Below are positions 34,250 to 47,630 of a stretch of 64,000 nt of DNA, piece by piece (positions within the stretch are counted from its first letter, which is position 1; every line of letters starts with the position of its first letter). The notes below the pieces were generated by a model. That model did not search any database. It was not told the origin of the DNA and saw only the letters and a list, made by a program, of their open reading frames with translations. This DNA is from Azolla caroliniana (Eukaryota; Plantae; Polypodiophyta): positions 11,222,001 through 11,286,000 of the forward strand of contig JBHGNT010000016.1 of the NCBI GenBank assembly GCA_043228905.1, given 5' to 3'. The translations under genes were made by a program, and so were the position numbers.

Positions 34250-36979
34250 ACAGCTTTCTCAGATTCATGACTCTTGTGCACTTCTCTGATGCTGACACAT
34301 GAATTCTGATTGGATTTATGATTTCCTTTCTTGATTTTGGTACATAAGGCCTTAATGAGAATTCGAAAGCTGAAATAGGATTGCTTCTAAATAAGTAACA
34401 TCCACAAACTTAATTTTCCATCCATTGCCAAAACATCCCATTTCCTTTCCACCCCCTCTGCTCAGAAGAGATCCTTGATTCAGAAACTTTGTAGGGATGA
34501 AACTGACAAATTGTATGATGGGCAGATTTCTTTATCAGTCAAGACATCATATTTTTCCGTGCATGTATCCGAATGGGGGAGGATTATTAATGACAAACAT
34601 ATTAAATGCCTTTTCATAAATGTTTTCCACCAATGCTGGCTTCTCTCAGGTGCATTACTTATGTGGGTTTATGCTCTCTCGTCTTTCATTGCTGCTCCAC
34701 ATTACATCCAAATTTAAGGAGATAATTTGATCTTCACATTTTCATGTCATCTGATAGACAAATCAATGTTTAGGGAGCATCATCCAAAAAATACCAAACA
34801 CGAGTATATGATGATGATGGGTTTATCAAGTATGTATGCAACATGGAATCACAGCATAAATACCCCTAGAATTGCTGGTCATCCTATATTTATAAGTTAT
34901 AACCAAAGTAGAGGAGTAACTGTGGCACCATTTAGTTGATCATTCCATGGTTTCGGCAACCAATATAGCATCATCAAAAGCATACATACATCAATGTGAT
35001 GATGTGGCATAAATTTCTTCTTATGATGATAGATATATTTGTTTCTAGTTCATATATTTGTTTTCCTTACATTTCGTTTACTATCTTGATGGAGCGTTGT
35101 TCAACTGTAGTGGCAGTGGCAGGCCGTAGTTTCTTGTTCAATAAAAACAGCCTTTTCTCTTCTTTTTTTAATCTACTTGTGGCAATTCCAAAAGTCTCTT
35201 GTATTGTCTTGTCATATGGGCTTTGCTAAGCATCCATGTGATCATTTCAACATCATTCTGCAAGTCCCTTTTGTCACATAGTAAATTTATCCAATGAGTA
35301 GTGTCTCGAGCCTTAAATCTTGGTATTTTGACATCACTCTCTGGGAGGTGATAAATTTGTGACGTTTCAACTGAAATGCAAAGTGTGAATTGTTCAATTT
35401 GATTTTTCCTATTTTCCTACTACAAACCTTTAATGATACAGACTCGACATGTCAACGACTATTTAATGTAATGGCTTTTAATTAAATTTGATTCATTTCT
35501 CCTTTGACAAACCTTTCATAACATGCACATCATTGCTATTAATGTTTCATGAGTAAAAGGGAATACCCATGTAATTTTTTTGCTTTTCTATTAGACTAGT
35601 CCTTTAATAGCGTAAAATTTCTAGAAATTCATGCATCAGCATGGAAGGTTTCTTTTATAGATGCAATGTTAGCGTCATGATATTATATCATGCTAAATGT
35701 TGCAATTGTATTGATGTATTGATGTTTTTCAATTGCCATCAGTTTTGGGTGAATTGTTGCTTAACCTTGTGAACTTGATTAGGTTTGATTGTTTGGATTT
35801 CAAGGTGTGTGGGCTACCCTCACGTTTTGGTTGCCTCCATATGGATATCTCTGGAGCTCTTGAAATGCCATGATGCATATGTCATTTGATATTGTTTTTA
35901 GTGTACCAGATGAATCTCCTTATGATTGAGATGGCCAACAAATTTTGCCAAATAGATGACCCTCTATAGGCCCCTCTAGTCAAACCCGTTTTGATTGCGT
36001 CATTCATTAGAGTATTGAAGCAATATAATGTTTTACTTAAACTAACTCAAAGAACTACATTACTTGAGCCACCCTTCTCTAAAACCTTATCTATTGGTTT
36101 TGGTGCTCCTTGCTTTTGTCAATATATATAGATTTAAGGTAGAAATCAAACATACTCAATCGGTATGCTTACTACAAATATTATATTTCTAGGGTCACCC
36201 ACATGGTCTTGTTGATCGACTCTCCCATGACAATCACTTCTAGGAATTATATTGTGCTCTTGCATTCAATTATAGGTGCTAATTTGATATATCCCATTCG
36301 GTATCTTCGAACCCGAGAGTCGGTGAATTCAACCCCGCAATGCTTACAAAAATTGGAAGACTCCTCATTCTCGATAGATCGATAACAGTCTTGAAAATGC
36401 CCCCTTTGAAGTTGTAGATGTTGTAGCTGCATACAAACAATTGTTTTCACTCATCCTTGAGTAGACTTGTGAGTGATAAGTTGGACGCCAAGAAGTTGGT
36501 TCTTTCCATGTGTGTCATTGGGCCGATGTTGATGGTGGAGACGAGTATGGAGGGGTTTAGAAAGTCATCATTGACTTCATGTTTTGTTCCTAGCATGAGA
36601 CAAATGGAAAACTTCAATTATTAGAGAATGAGCATCCAACATGTCATTTTTCCGATGAATGCTAAATTAGCCATAAGGTAAAGGAGGTGTGTAGTGATCA
36701 ACGTGGAATGTGAATGTTGACCCTAATAGGTAGTGGCAAAAAACATTCACAGGGTCTATGATTTTTCTCTTTGTGTCATGGATAATTTTTCTCTACTTTT
36801 TTAGAGGTGGGAAGTTGCAACTAAGTATTGTTTTCCAAAAATTGGTGTTTGGGCAATCTTTCCCATCATCTTAGGAATACGACTTGGTTTAGTTTATGTT
36901 GGTTCCCATCTGAACCTAAGTTGTATCTAACACACGAACATATTTTTCCTGACTAAAGCAATCAATGTAAATGGCCATT

Positions 36980-37190
36980 TGGTAAGCCACAAATTGGGAG
37001 AATTTGCACCTACTTGAAGTTTCCTAAGGAAATTGAAGATCTTCTTGGTGAAGAGCGCATAGGTACTAGAGGTGCTTGTAACTGAACATATGGTAAGCCA
37101 CAAATTGGGAGAATTTGCACCTACTTGAAGTTTCCTAAGGAAATTGAAGATCTTCTTGGTGAAGAGCACATAGGTACTAGAGGTGCTTGT
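36980..37190. repeat. Tandem duplication, period 111 bp
   Basis: tggtaagccacaaattggg...aggtgcttgt occurs twice with about one mismatch. Confidence 0.9.
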
Positions 37191-38312
37191 GGGTGTCAAA
37201 AAGATTGAATTGATGTGTCATTCCCTATCCTTTCGAGTTATATTATTTACAAGTTACAACTTTCTCATGTCACCATGCTTCATTAGAAAGATGATTCTGC
37301 AACACTAGTAGTACCACCACTTATACAACTTTAGGAGGACATTGTAGATGGCTATTTTTCAGACCAATATGTGGAACTCTTGTTTAATTAGAGATTTACA
37401 ACAAGGGCCTATAAAGGAGTATCTTGACGACTTGAACCTTGATTCTTAGTGTTGGTCGATGAGAATGGTGTCTGGTTAACAATTCCATGAGGAGGTGTGG
37501 AAAAGTACATGAGGTATCAAAGCATCCAACTATATCATCATATTTACCTTAGGAACCAGGAAAAGCCTTTTTGTTGATAGGGATCAGAGCATCTAGGTTG
37601 GCTTTGGCTTTGGTAATGACCTCATTGATAATGTCCCAACAAAATGTGGCGGGATATTGTGAATGTGCATTTGGAAATGACTAGGTTGAGCCTTTGTCTC
37701 TAGACATTTCTCCAAGCATTTTATTGTGATAATTTGTGGTGCATTTTAGTGTACATATATAGAATCATGAAGGTTCTTGATGATGGATACAAGAAGATAT
37801 ACATGAGTATAGAAACAAAATAATATATTGATAGCAATCAATAAGAAATTTGTAGAATATCCAACGCGAATGGGTAGAAATATTCTTAATAAAAGAAGTT
37901 TAATTACAAAAGCTTGATTATCGTTATGATTGGTAGTAAAAAGACTTTGATTGGGAGAAAATCCATTGTTGTGTTGTTGAGTGTGCAAAGAAAAACAATG
38001 GAATTCTAGTTTGTGATAGTTAGGGTTTGGTGAAAGACATAGCTCGAAAGGCATGCAAAGAGATGAAATTATTAGAAACTTAATTAACATTAAGCAAAAT
38101 TGAAGAGGGAAATAAAGAACAAAGAACTCAGTTCACTTGATCACCTCCAATAAAGGTGAGAGACAGATCCAAGTCCCCTACGGGTGTTCCATACCACTAT
38201 GTGCGGACATTGATCATGTCTTGGGTTTGAAGGAGGCACACTTGTATGAAGCTAGAGCTTTGCCATACTATCAGAGTCTCTATCTCAAAACAATAAAGAA
38301 TAGAGATGCCCC

Positions 38313-38724
38313 TAACAATCGGCAACAGTTCGGTTCGGTTTGAGAGGATCAAAATCGAACCGAACAACGAAACCGTTAAACCGAACCCTTAAAGTTTTTT
38401 AAACCGTTAAAACCGCGATTTCATAGTTCGATTTGGTTTTCAACTAAAGTCAAATTATAATTTATAAATTTATAAATTTTTTATTTTTTATTTTTAAATT
38501 TTTTTTAAAGATGTTCCTAAAATGTGAGAATAAGGCATGAAAATGAAAAGATTGTTTAAAAACAAATTTTTTAAATTAAAAAAAATACCGTTAAACCGTT
38601 TAAACCGTAGTTTCTAATAGTTGAAACCGAACCGTTTGAACCTCACTTGAACTGAATCGATTAAACCGTTAAGCTACAGTTTCGTGGTTCGATTCGGTTC
38701 AAACTGAACCGTTGCCGATTGTTA
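38313..38724. mobile_element. hAT-type MITE
   Basis: TIR taacaatcggcaac / gttgccgattgtta, 8-bp TSD gatgcccc / gatgcctc, subterminal AACCG repeats, AT-rich core. Confidence 0.85.
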
Positions 38725-39313
38725 GATGCCTCCTTCACGAAGGTACCTAGTCTTCTTATGTACGCTCAAACCCGAGACCTTTGTGTGTTTTTCACAATTG
38801 GTTGCTTTTTTCAAGAAAATGTAACCAAGTGATGAAACACTCTCAAGTTATCTCCCACCATAGGATTGAGATAACTCAATCCTCAACCTTCATCCTTACA
38901 AACTAGTCCATAACTACAGTTACGATTATATGCTCGTAACAAAAACCAAACAAAAAATGAAGGTACTCAAGTGATAAGAGTTATCCACTTGAATGATAAA
39001 GTCGATGTCTTGAATTGAGCTAGGATCAATGAAGGAAAACTGTGAGCTATAATGCTGAAGTGATGTCAATAATGTGGATATGGACATGGCAATGAACATG
39101 TTGCCTATCCAAGTACTAAATTGTACTAAAAGAAATATGTATCATGGACAATAATGTGGATATGGACATGGACATATACACATAGACATAAATTGTACTA
39201 AAAAATAAAAATTTAATACATATATGCATGCACTTAAACAATCATGTACAATTACACATATACACTCAGGTGAATGCCTATGTGCACATAGACCTAAAAC
39301 CAAGTAACCACAT

Positions 39314-39416
39314 TGTGAAAGTTAGCATGCGGAAGCGTTCGACAAACTGGCTTAGCCGGATAGCAACAGAAAATGAGAAAAGGTTTAATGGAGAACTTAA
39401 CATAGAGAATACGCGT

Positions 39417-39454
<38 letters not shown>

Positions 39455-42280
39455 AGAACATAAACTCAATTAAAAAAATAACACTCTGAAAACTCTCTAT
39501 ACATAGAATGTGCTCAGAGAGCAATTTTATACAAGTCCATAAAGAAATGACAGAAGTACTGACATGTACTTCAATGCTCACATGTGCGACTATCACGGAC
39601 TCCCAAAAATATGCCTATGTACTAGGCTGGATCCGTAGGCCTCTAACGGCCTACCGGTTTCAATCCGATCCGGGTCTCCTGGTTCCGGATATCATCCAGA
39701 CACCAATCCAGTTCTCCGATCCGGATACTGATCCGACTCTCCGATTCGGATACCGATCCGGCTCTTGCTTATTCAGCCGATCCGGATCCGGTTGAGCTTG
39801 CTCGCTCAACACTCCCCCTCAAGCTCAACTTGAGGTCAGATCGTGGTGTCAATGTCTGCAGTAGCCAGTCCTTTCCTCCGGCTCCTTCTGATGTCCTTCC
39901 GCCTTGCTCGCGCTCCTCCTCCGGTCCAATTCCGCTTACCGCGACCAGTCCGGTACTGCGCACCTCGACCTCCTCACACTCCTCATCTGGGTCTTGGCCT
40001 TCTTCCGGCCGGCTTTGTCGTTCTTGACTTTGCCGCCGTTGCCGCTTGCTCCGACTTGTTCGGATGTGCCAACTCCTTCGGTCGGCTCGGCTTCCTTTAT
40101 CTGCTCGTCTCTTGCCTTGGTTCTTTCTTCCTCTCCGACTCCTTGTTCGGTGCCATCGGTTCCCGTTCTTGTTCTCCCCCTCAAGTGTGGCATATCAAAA
40201 TGCTATAGGCTGAGCATCTCCGAAAAATGCTGCAACTTGTCCGACCCGAGCGGCTTGATGAAGATGTCGGCAACGTGCCGATCCGTGTGAACATACCGAA
40301 GTTCAACTTCACCGCTTAGGAACCACTCGAGAACAAAGTGATAATGCACTTCTATGTGCTTTGTCCGAGCATGGAATACAGGGTTCTTGGCGAGCTGTAT
40401 GTGCTTATGTTGTCACAATAATTCAGGATTGGGGTAGGCACCTCGATCTGAAGGTCTCGCAGCAGTTGCCGAAGCCAGATGGCTTCATAGGTGGCATTGG
40501 TAGCACCCCGGTACTCAGCCTTCGTGCTCGATAGAGCCACTGTCGGTTGCTTTTTGTTGCTCCACGCAACAACCGTGCTACCTAGAGAAAACATGTAACT
40601 GGAGGTGGATAAATGATCTGATGCATCAGCCTAGTTGGCATCGGTATATCTGACTAGCTTCGCAGCTATACCGTGTCGGTATAACAGTCCTCGGTCCTTT
40701 GTGCCGCTAACATACGAGAGTATCCGGTGTGCGCACTGAAGGTGCTCGACGGTCGGCTTCTCCATTAACTGGCTGATCACTTCGACTGGGTAACTGATGT
40801 CGGGTCGAGTGATCGTCAAGTATATGAGGCTTTCGACAATTTGTCGGAACCGTTTCTCATCGCAGGCCGGGCCGGAGTCCGGACGTAGCTTCAGGTTCCG
40901 GTCTAGGGGTGTGGAGATTGGTCGGCATTCAGTCATGCCGAACTTGTACAACATATTCAACACATAATGGCATTGTGAGAGCAATATACCATCGGGGGTT
41001 TGGATCTCCTCAATCCCAAGAAAATAATGAAGGTCCCCCAGGTCCTTCATTTCAAATGCGTCCAACAGCTGGGACTTCACTTGGCCGATTTCAATGAGTC
41101 CAGGTCCGGTGATGACTGAATCATCTACATAAAGCAAAATGCAAACTGGACCGTTCCGGATGAACAATCAAGAGTCAAAATTTGAGGTCACAAACCCCAT
41201 CTTACGCAACCGGTGCGTGATCTTCGCATTCCAAGATTGAGGGGCTTGCTTCAGATCGTAAAGCGACTTTTGAGTTGGCACACTACCGACTTGTTTATCT
41301 TCGATTGGAAACCGGGGGATTGAATCATATAAACCCGTTCTTCAAGGTCACCTTGAAGAAACACATTCTTCACGTCCATTTGGTGAAGATGTCATCCCCT
41401 TGTCGTAGCAACCGCTAGTACCACATGAACCGTCGTCATCTTTGCTACCGGAGCGAAGGTCTCGTTGTAGTCGATTCCGTGGGTCTATGCGTATCCCTTT
41501 GCCACTAACCGGGCCTTGTACCGGTTGACTGAACCGTCGGCGTTGTACTTTACCCTGTACACCCATTTGCCGCCGATCGGTTTGCACTGTCGGAGTGGGT
41601 CAACCAGGTCCCATGTGCCGTTGGCATCTAGTGCCTGCGTTTCTTCCTCCATAGAAGCACACCAATTTGTGTCTTTCGCTGCTTCTGTGTAGCTTTCCGG
41701 CTCACGCACTTCCACCACCTTAGTCATGTACGCATAGTGATGCGCCATGTACTCATTGTACCTGTACCTCATGACGGTTTTCTTTTGACGGGTTGACCGG
41801 TGTAACCTTTCGTTACCCAGTTTGAGGCCTTTCTTTGCCGGTTCAAACTTCCTTTCTAAAGATCCGCCTTCTCCCTTTCCTGGGTCAGATTCGCTTTGAT
41901 CCGACCCTTGACTGCAGGTATCGTATTCTAGCATCTTCTTCTTCCCCTTCTCTTTGCACGTGAACCGTGTCCTTGGTTCCTTGCGCGGGGAGAGCACAAC
42001 AAAATCTCCAGTACTCACCGGTTCTTCATTCGACTCGTCATCCCGACTCAACCGCTCATTCGGTCCAGTTAGCCAGAATGAGATTGGACTCTCTTCCAGA
42101 GTGCCGAAGTCTTCATATTCTTCCTGGACCTCCTCAGGTTCACTAGCCTCATCTTCTGGAATCGGATCTTTGTCGGGAGTTGGAGTCGGTAGGGTGTACC
42201 ATGATGCCGACTCATCAAACTCTACATCTCGACTTACTCGTACCTGTTTAGTCCGGGGGTTATAGCACTTATACCCCTTT
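39314..42280 (-). mobile_element. 5'-truncated copia element E (end of INT, RT, RNase H, PPT, 3' LTR 39314-39811)
   Basis: [22 protein letters not shown] and VAWSNKKQ motifs; PPT gagggggag next to the LTR. Confidence 0.9.
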
Positions 42281-43200
42281 TAACACGTTCGCGTTCACAA
42301 GTGGAAGGATCTTACACAAATGGAAGGATAAGGAATATTACGTTTGATTTTGGGTTTTTTTTTGCCATTTCACAAAACACCTTGATACCAGTATCACATG
42401 TTCTCAAAAACTTGATAAAAAAGCTAAAATTTTCACCATTTGTTAAAATTGAAAAATGCCAAAATTTGGCCAAATACGAAAAGTAACTTTGTGTATTTTT
42501 AAGAAGAAATTACAACTAGTAGCATTTTAGATCCTAACAAAATCATAAGCGAAAGATTTTAAAACAATCAACTTTTTTATTTCATTTGATAAAATATTCT
42601 CTAAATTTCTTCCATATCGTTGCACAAAAAATACATTTAAGAGTTATTTGCATCACTATCATCATTCCTTTCCTGAGAATCACTACTATAGCTAATATAC
42701 AATTGTGACTCTTCCTCCTCATTTTGAAATGTACCAATCAAATCATTGTCTTCACTAAATGGTGTCTCCAAATTGTGTGCACTAAATCTTGTTCGCCTTC
42801 AATTTGAGATATCTTCTAGTCTTGGTAATATCTTTTTTATTATGTCTATTGTTCTCGTCCTTAAACATCCAACTTTTTTTAGTGTAAAGTCATACAAAAT
42901 GATATCCACCTCACTAATGTCAATGATAGATGTATTACAGAAGTTTAATCCATCACCACGTCCAAAACTTTACCAATGCAGAATTGGTGCCCTAGCTGAT
43001 GGCCATCTACATGTGTAGCTATTAATATCCCCACCTTGAGTTCTTGCAAGTTTCCTTGTCACCGGAGTTATGCTCGTGTTGTCATCCTTACTTCCACAAA
43101 AATGTTTCTCTGTTGTAGATGAACCAAATTATGAAGATCAATATTAAGTGCTTGACGTGGTGATTAAGAACCACGAGAATATTTTATACACCACGTAAAT

Positions 43201-44823
43201 GGCATTTGCAAGGTTCAATTACCATCAACACAATTCTTAATGGTGTTTTGTTAATCAATGAAGCACATGTTCACCATAAGGTGTTTTGTTGTGCAACATA
43301 CTTCTTTGCAATATCGATATGCATCTTTTTCTCTTGTAAAAACAGAGATTTTAGTACAATTCGAGTTCATGTAAACCTTAAACCTCTTTTATTTGAATAA
43401 AAAGATGATTTCTAAACATGAACTCCATACATTATATCGAGTTGATGTAAAAAACAAAGTTTTGATCACAATTACATACAATGTATCAAATTCATGTTCA
43501 AAGTTTTTTTCTCAGATTTAAAAAAATAAAAAAATAAAAAAATAAAAAAATAAAACAATTGAGCTTGACTTGATGAAAAAACCAGTTTTTTCACCACAAT
43601 TCAATACAATGTGTAGAGTTCATGTTTAAAGTATTTTTTTCAATTTTTTTTGATATTTTATTTATTTTTATAATTTGTTTTTTGGGAAAAAAAAATTTAA
43701 ACATGAATTCGATAAATTGTATCGACTTGTGATGAAAACTCTAGGTTTTTCATCACTTCAAGAACAATTAAAAAAAGATGAAGACCCAAAATAGATAGAA
43801 AAAAAAAACTTTAAACATGAACCGACACATTGTATCGAGTTCGTGTTGAAAACTCTGTTTTTAAACACGAACTCGATACGCCATATCCAGTTCGTGTTTA
43901 AAAACAGAGTTTTTAGCGCGAACTCGCTACGCCGTATCGAGTTCGTGTTGAAAAACTTAGTTTTTTGACATGAACTTGATACAGTGTATCGAGTTTGTGT
44001 TTAAAGCATTTAAACACGAACTCGATACGTCGTATCAAATTAATGTTGAAAAGTCAACTTTTCAAACAAAATTTTCAAGACCAACTTGATACATTGTATT
44101 GAGTTCGTGCCGAAAAGCTGACTTTTTCACATGAATTCAATACAATGTATCGAGTTCATGTTTATAGGTTTTTTTGGGGGGTTTTAAAATAAACAATTCT
44201 GGTTTTTTTCTATTTATTTTGGGTCCTTCTGGTTATTTTAAAAAAGAAGAAGTTGAAATGATGAAAAAACTAGAGTTTTCATCACAAGTCGATACAATGT
44301 ATCGAATTCATGTTTAAAGTTTTTTTTTTCCCAAAAAGTAAATAAAATAAATCAAAAAAATAAAAACAATAAAAGAAATAAAAATTGAAAAAAAATCAAA
44401 CAAAATTACTTTAAACATAAACTAGGTACATTGTACTAAATTGTGGTGAAAAATCTGGTTTTTTCATCAAGTCAAGCTCGATTTATTTATTTATTATTAT
44501 TTTTAATTCGGGAAAAAAAACTTTGAACATAAATTTGATACATTGTATGGAATTGTGATGAAAACTCTGTTTTTTACATCAACTCAATATAATGTATGGA
44601 GTTCATGTTTAGAAATCTTTTTTTTTTTCAAATAAAAGAGGTTTAGGGTTTACATGAACTCGAATTGTACTAAAATACCTGTTTTGACAAGAGTAAAAGA
44701 TGCATATCGATGTTGTAATGAATTATGTTGCACAACAAGATACCTTACGGTGAACATGTGCTTCCTTGATTAACAAAAAACCATTAATAATTGTGTTGAT
44801 GGTAATTGAACCTTTCAAATGCC
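43201..44823. repeat. 1.6-kb imperfect palindrome (foldback / long-TIR element)
   Basis: ggcatttgcaaggttcaattacc pairs with ggtaattgaacctttcaaatgcc, and the arms align inward to a centre near 44007. The interior is made of aacacgaactcgatac..gtatcgagttcgtgtt modules. Confidence 0.88.
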
Positions 44824-44824
44824 G

Positions 44825-47630
44825 AAGGTTAGATGACGATATTAGATTGAATCAGATATCGACTGGAATGTTAGATGACGAAGGCTATAGTGGTAGCTTT
44901 CAAAATGGGAAGTGGAAGTTCTGTCAACGAAATCTTATAGTGGTCCGAGCACAGAAAGAAGGCACATTGTACATGATGCATACCCGACTGTGCAAATCGG
45001 AAGTAAATGTGGCAGCCGACTCGGCAGGTGAGATATGGCATAAGAGGCTAGGCCACATGAGTGAGAAGGGAATGCACTTGTTAACTGACCGAAAGCTTCT
45101 GCTAGAAGTTAAGGGAGTGCACCTGGAGAAGTGCGTCGACTGCTTAGTCGGAAAATAGAACAGAGCAGCATTTCACACAAGACCACCAAGTAGAAGAGAG
45201 GCTGCACTGGAACTCGTGCACACGGATGTGTGTTATGTGGATGCTCCATCGCATAGAGGTGGACAGTACTTTGTGCCGTTCATGGACGACTATAGTCGGA
45301 AGACATGGACCTTCGTACTGAAGTCGACGGATCAAGTAATGTCGGTTTTCAAGTAGTTCCAGGCTAGAGCTGAACAAGAGTCGGGTCGGAAGTTGAAGGT
45401 TGTTCGAACCGACAACGATGGCGAGTACAGAGGGTAGTTCGAGGAATACTGCAAGTGCCAAGGTATTCGGATTGAATACACAGTGCCAAAGACCCTAGAG
45501 TTGAACGGGCTTGCAAAGAGGATGAATTGAACAATCATGGAGAGGGTAAGATGCAGAAGTCAAAATTGACTCCCCAGTCTACCTCTACCACCATCGACCT
45601 AAGGCCAAGTGAGTCGTCACCGACAACTGTAAGGAGACAATTGGCCAACCGAGCCGAATCTGAGTCGATCGACTCGGAGAGACCGACTAACTACAAGTCA
45701 GAGTCGGCAGAGCTGCATTTAAGATCAATTGATGAATATGAGTTGGAGCTAGTGTTGTCCAACCAGGAGAGGCCGATTGACGAGCAGAGAGAAGAGTTGG
45801 CAGAGACATCCGAAAGAGAGCCAACAAAGAGTGGAAGAAGATACCCACTCAGGGAGAGGAGATCACCGACTACATATGCCAGTCAATACATCCTCTTGAC
45901 TGATGAAGGTGAACCGGAGTGCTACGAAGAAGCCATTGCCGATGAGCACAGAGACAAATGGCTGAGTGCGATTCAAGATGAGATGGAATCCTTGCACGAG
46001 AACTACACCTACGAGCTCGTAGAGCTGCCGAAAGGTAAGAGAGCACTCAAGAATAAGTGGGTCTACAAGGTGAAGACTGGAGAAGCCGACAGTGAGCCCA
46101 GGTATAAAGCCCATATAGTGGTGAAGGGTTTCCAATAGAAGAAGGGCGTCAACCTTGACGAAATATTCGCACCAATCGTTAAGTTGACATCCATCCGAAC
46201 TGTTCTGAGCATAACAACCACTATGGATTTGGAGATCGAACAATTGAATGTCAAAACTACATTTCTGCACGGGGAGCTAGAAGAGGAAATCTATATGGAG
46301 CAACCCGAAGGCTTTGAGGAGAAACGGAAAGAGAATCTGGTGTGTCGACTGAAGAAAAGCTTGTACGGTTTGAAACAAGCTCCACGCCAATGGTACAAGA
46401 AGTTCGAGTCCTTCATGATGGAACACCGATTCCAGAAAACACAGGCCGATCACTGTGTGTTCGTCAAAAGGTACGAAGAAGGAGACTTCTTGATTCTCTT
46501 GCTATATTTCAATGACATGTTGGTAGTCGGTCAAGATACAAGGAAGATTGGAAGCTTGGTGAAGAAAGCTATCAGCAAATCATTTGCCATGAAAGACCTT
46601 GGACCGGCTAAACAGATCGTGGGAACGCACATAGTTCGAGAAAGAACTCAAAAGGTGCTATGGTTGTCAAAATAGAAGTATGTGACAAAGATCCTAGAGA
46701 GATTTAACATGTCAGACGCAAAGCCGGTCGGCTCAGTGTTGCCGACAAATTGCAGGTTAAATGCGAAGCAGTGCTCAAGAGGGGAGAAGGAGAAGGCCGA
46801 GATGAGGAAGGTACCATATGCCTCGGCCATCAACAGTCTAAAGTATGCTATGGTCTGTACGAGACCTGACATAGCATTTGTTGTAGGAGCAGTAAGCCGA
46901 TATATGAGTAACACTGGGCAGCGGTGAAGTGGATACTCAGGTACTTAAAAGGCACCTCAAAGGTGTGCCTAAGGTATGGTGTCGGAAAACCTGTGTTGGA
47001 AAGTTTTACCGACTTAGACATGTCGGGAGATGTCGACTCGAGACGATCCACGTCATGGTACGTGATGACCTATGCAGGGGGAGCAATGTCGTGGCAGTCA
47101 CGATTGCAAAAGTCTATAGTTTTGTCGACTACAGAGGCAGAGTATATGGCAGCGGTAGAGACCAGCAAAGAGATGATCTGGATGAGAAGTTTTCTTACCG
47201 AATTAGGGATGAAGCAAAAGGAGCTCTTGCTTCACTGTGACAGCCAGAGTGCCATACATCTTGCTAATAATGCTGCATACCACTCCCAGACCAAGCATAT
47301 ACAGAGAAGGTATCACTTGTTGCGGGAGAGAGTCGAAGAAGGAGAGTTTTCCTTGGTGATGATCCACACTAATGACAATGGATCCGACATGCTGATGAAG
47401 AACCTACCTATGGATAGACTCGGAGTCTATCGACAGAAGATAGGACTGACTGAATTCCTCCCACAAGAGTGAAGGTGGAGTTTGTTGGGAATATGTCCGT
47501 CCAGTGGGAGGAGGAACCGACTGTTCAAAAGTTGCTGGTAGTCGATGACTACGAGGAGCTGACTGATCGGATCTGGATCAAGGAGTGCCGACAGTCTAAG
47601 ACAGGGAAGATTTGACTGTTCGGAAAGCTC
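44825..47630 (+). mobile_element. Degraded Tnt1/Tork-like copia remnant (INT, RT, RNase H, PPT, start of 3' LTR at 47483)
   Basis: [51 protein letters not shown]; gaaggtggag followed by TGTTGGG. Confidence 0.9.

Noticed and set aside
34300-38300. Possible ancient LINE or other TE remnants
   Set aside because: AT-rich and too decayed to read a convincing motif.
43820-44160. Regularly spaced palindromic repeats resembling a CRISPR array
   Set aside because: Eukaryotic context, spacers are short and related to each other, no cas genes; part of the foldback element.
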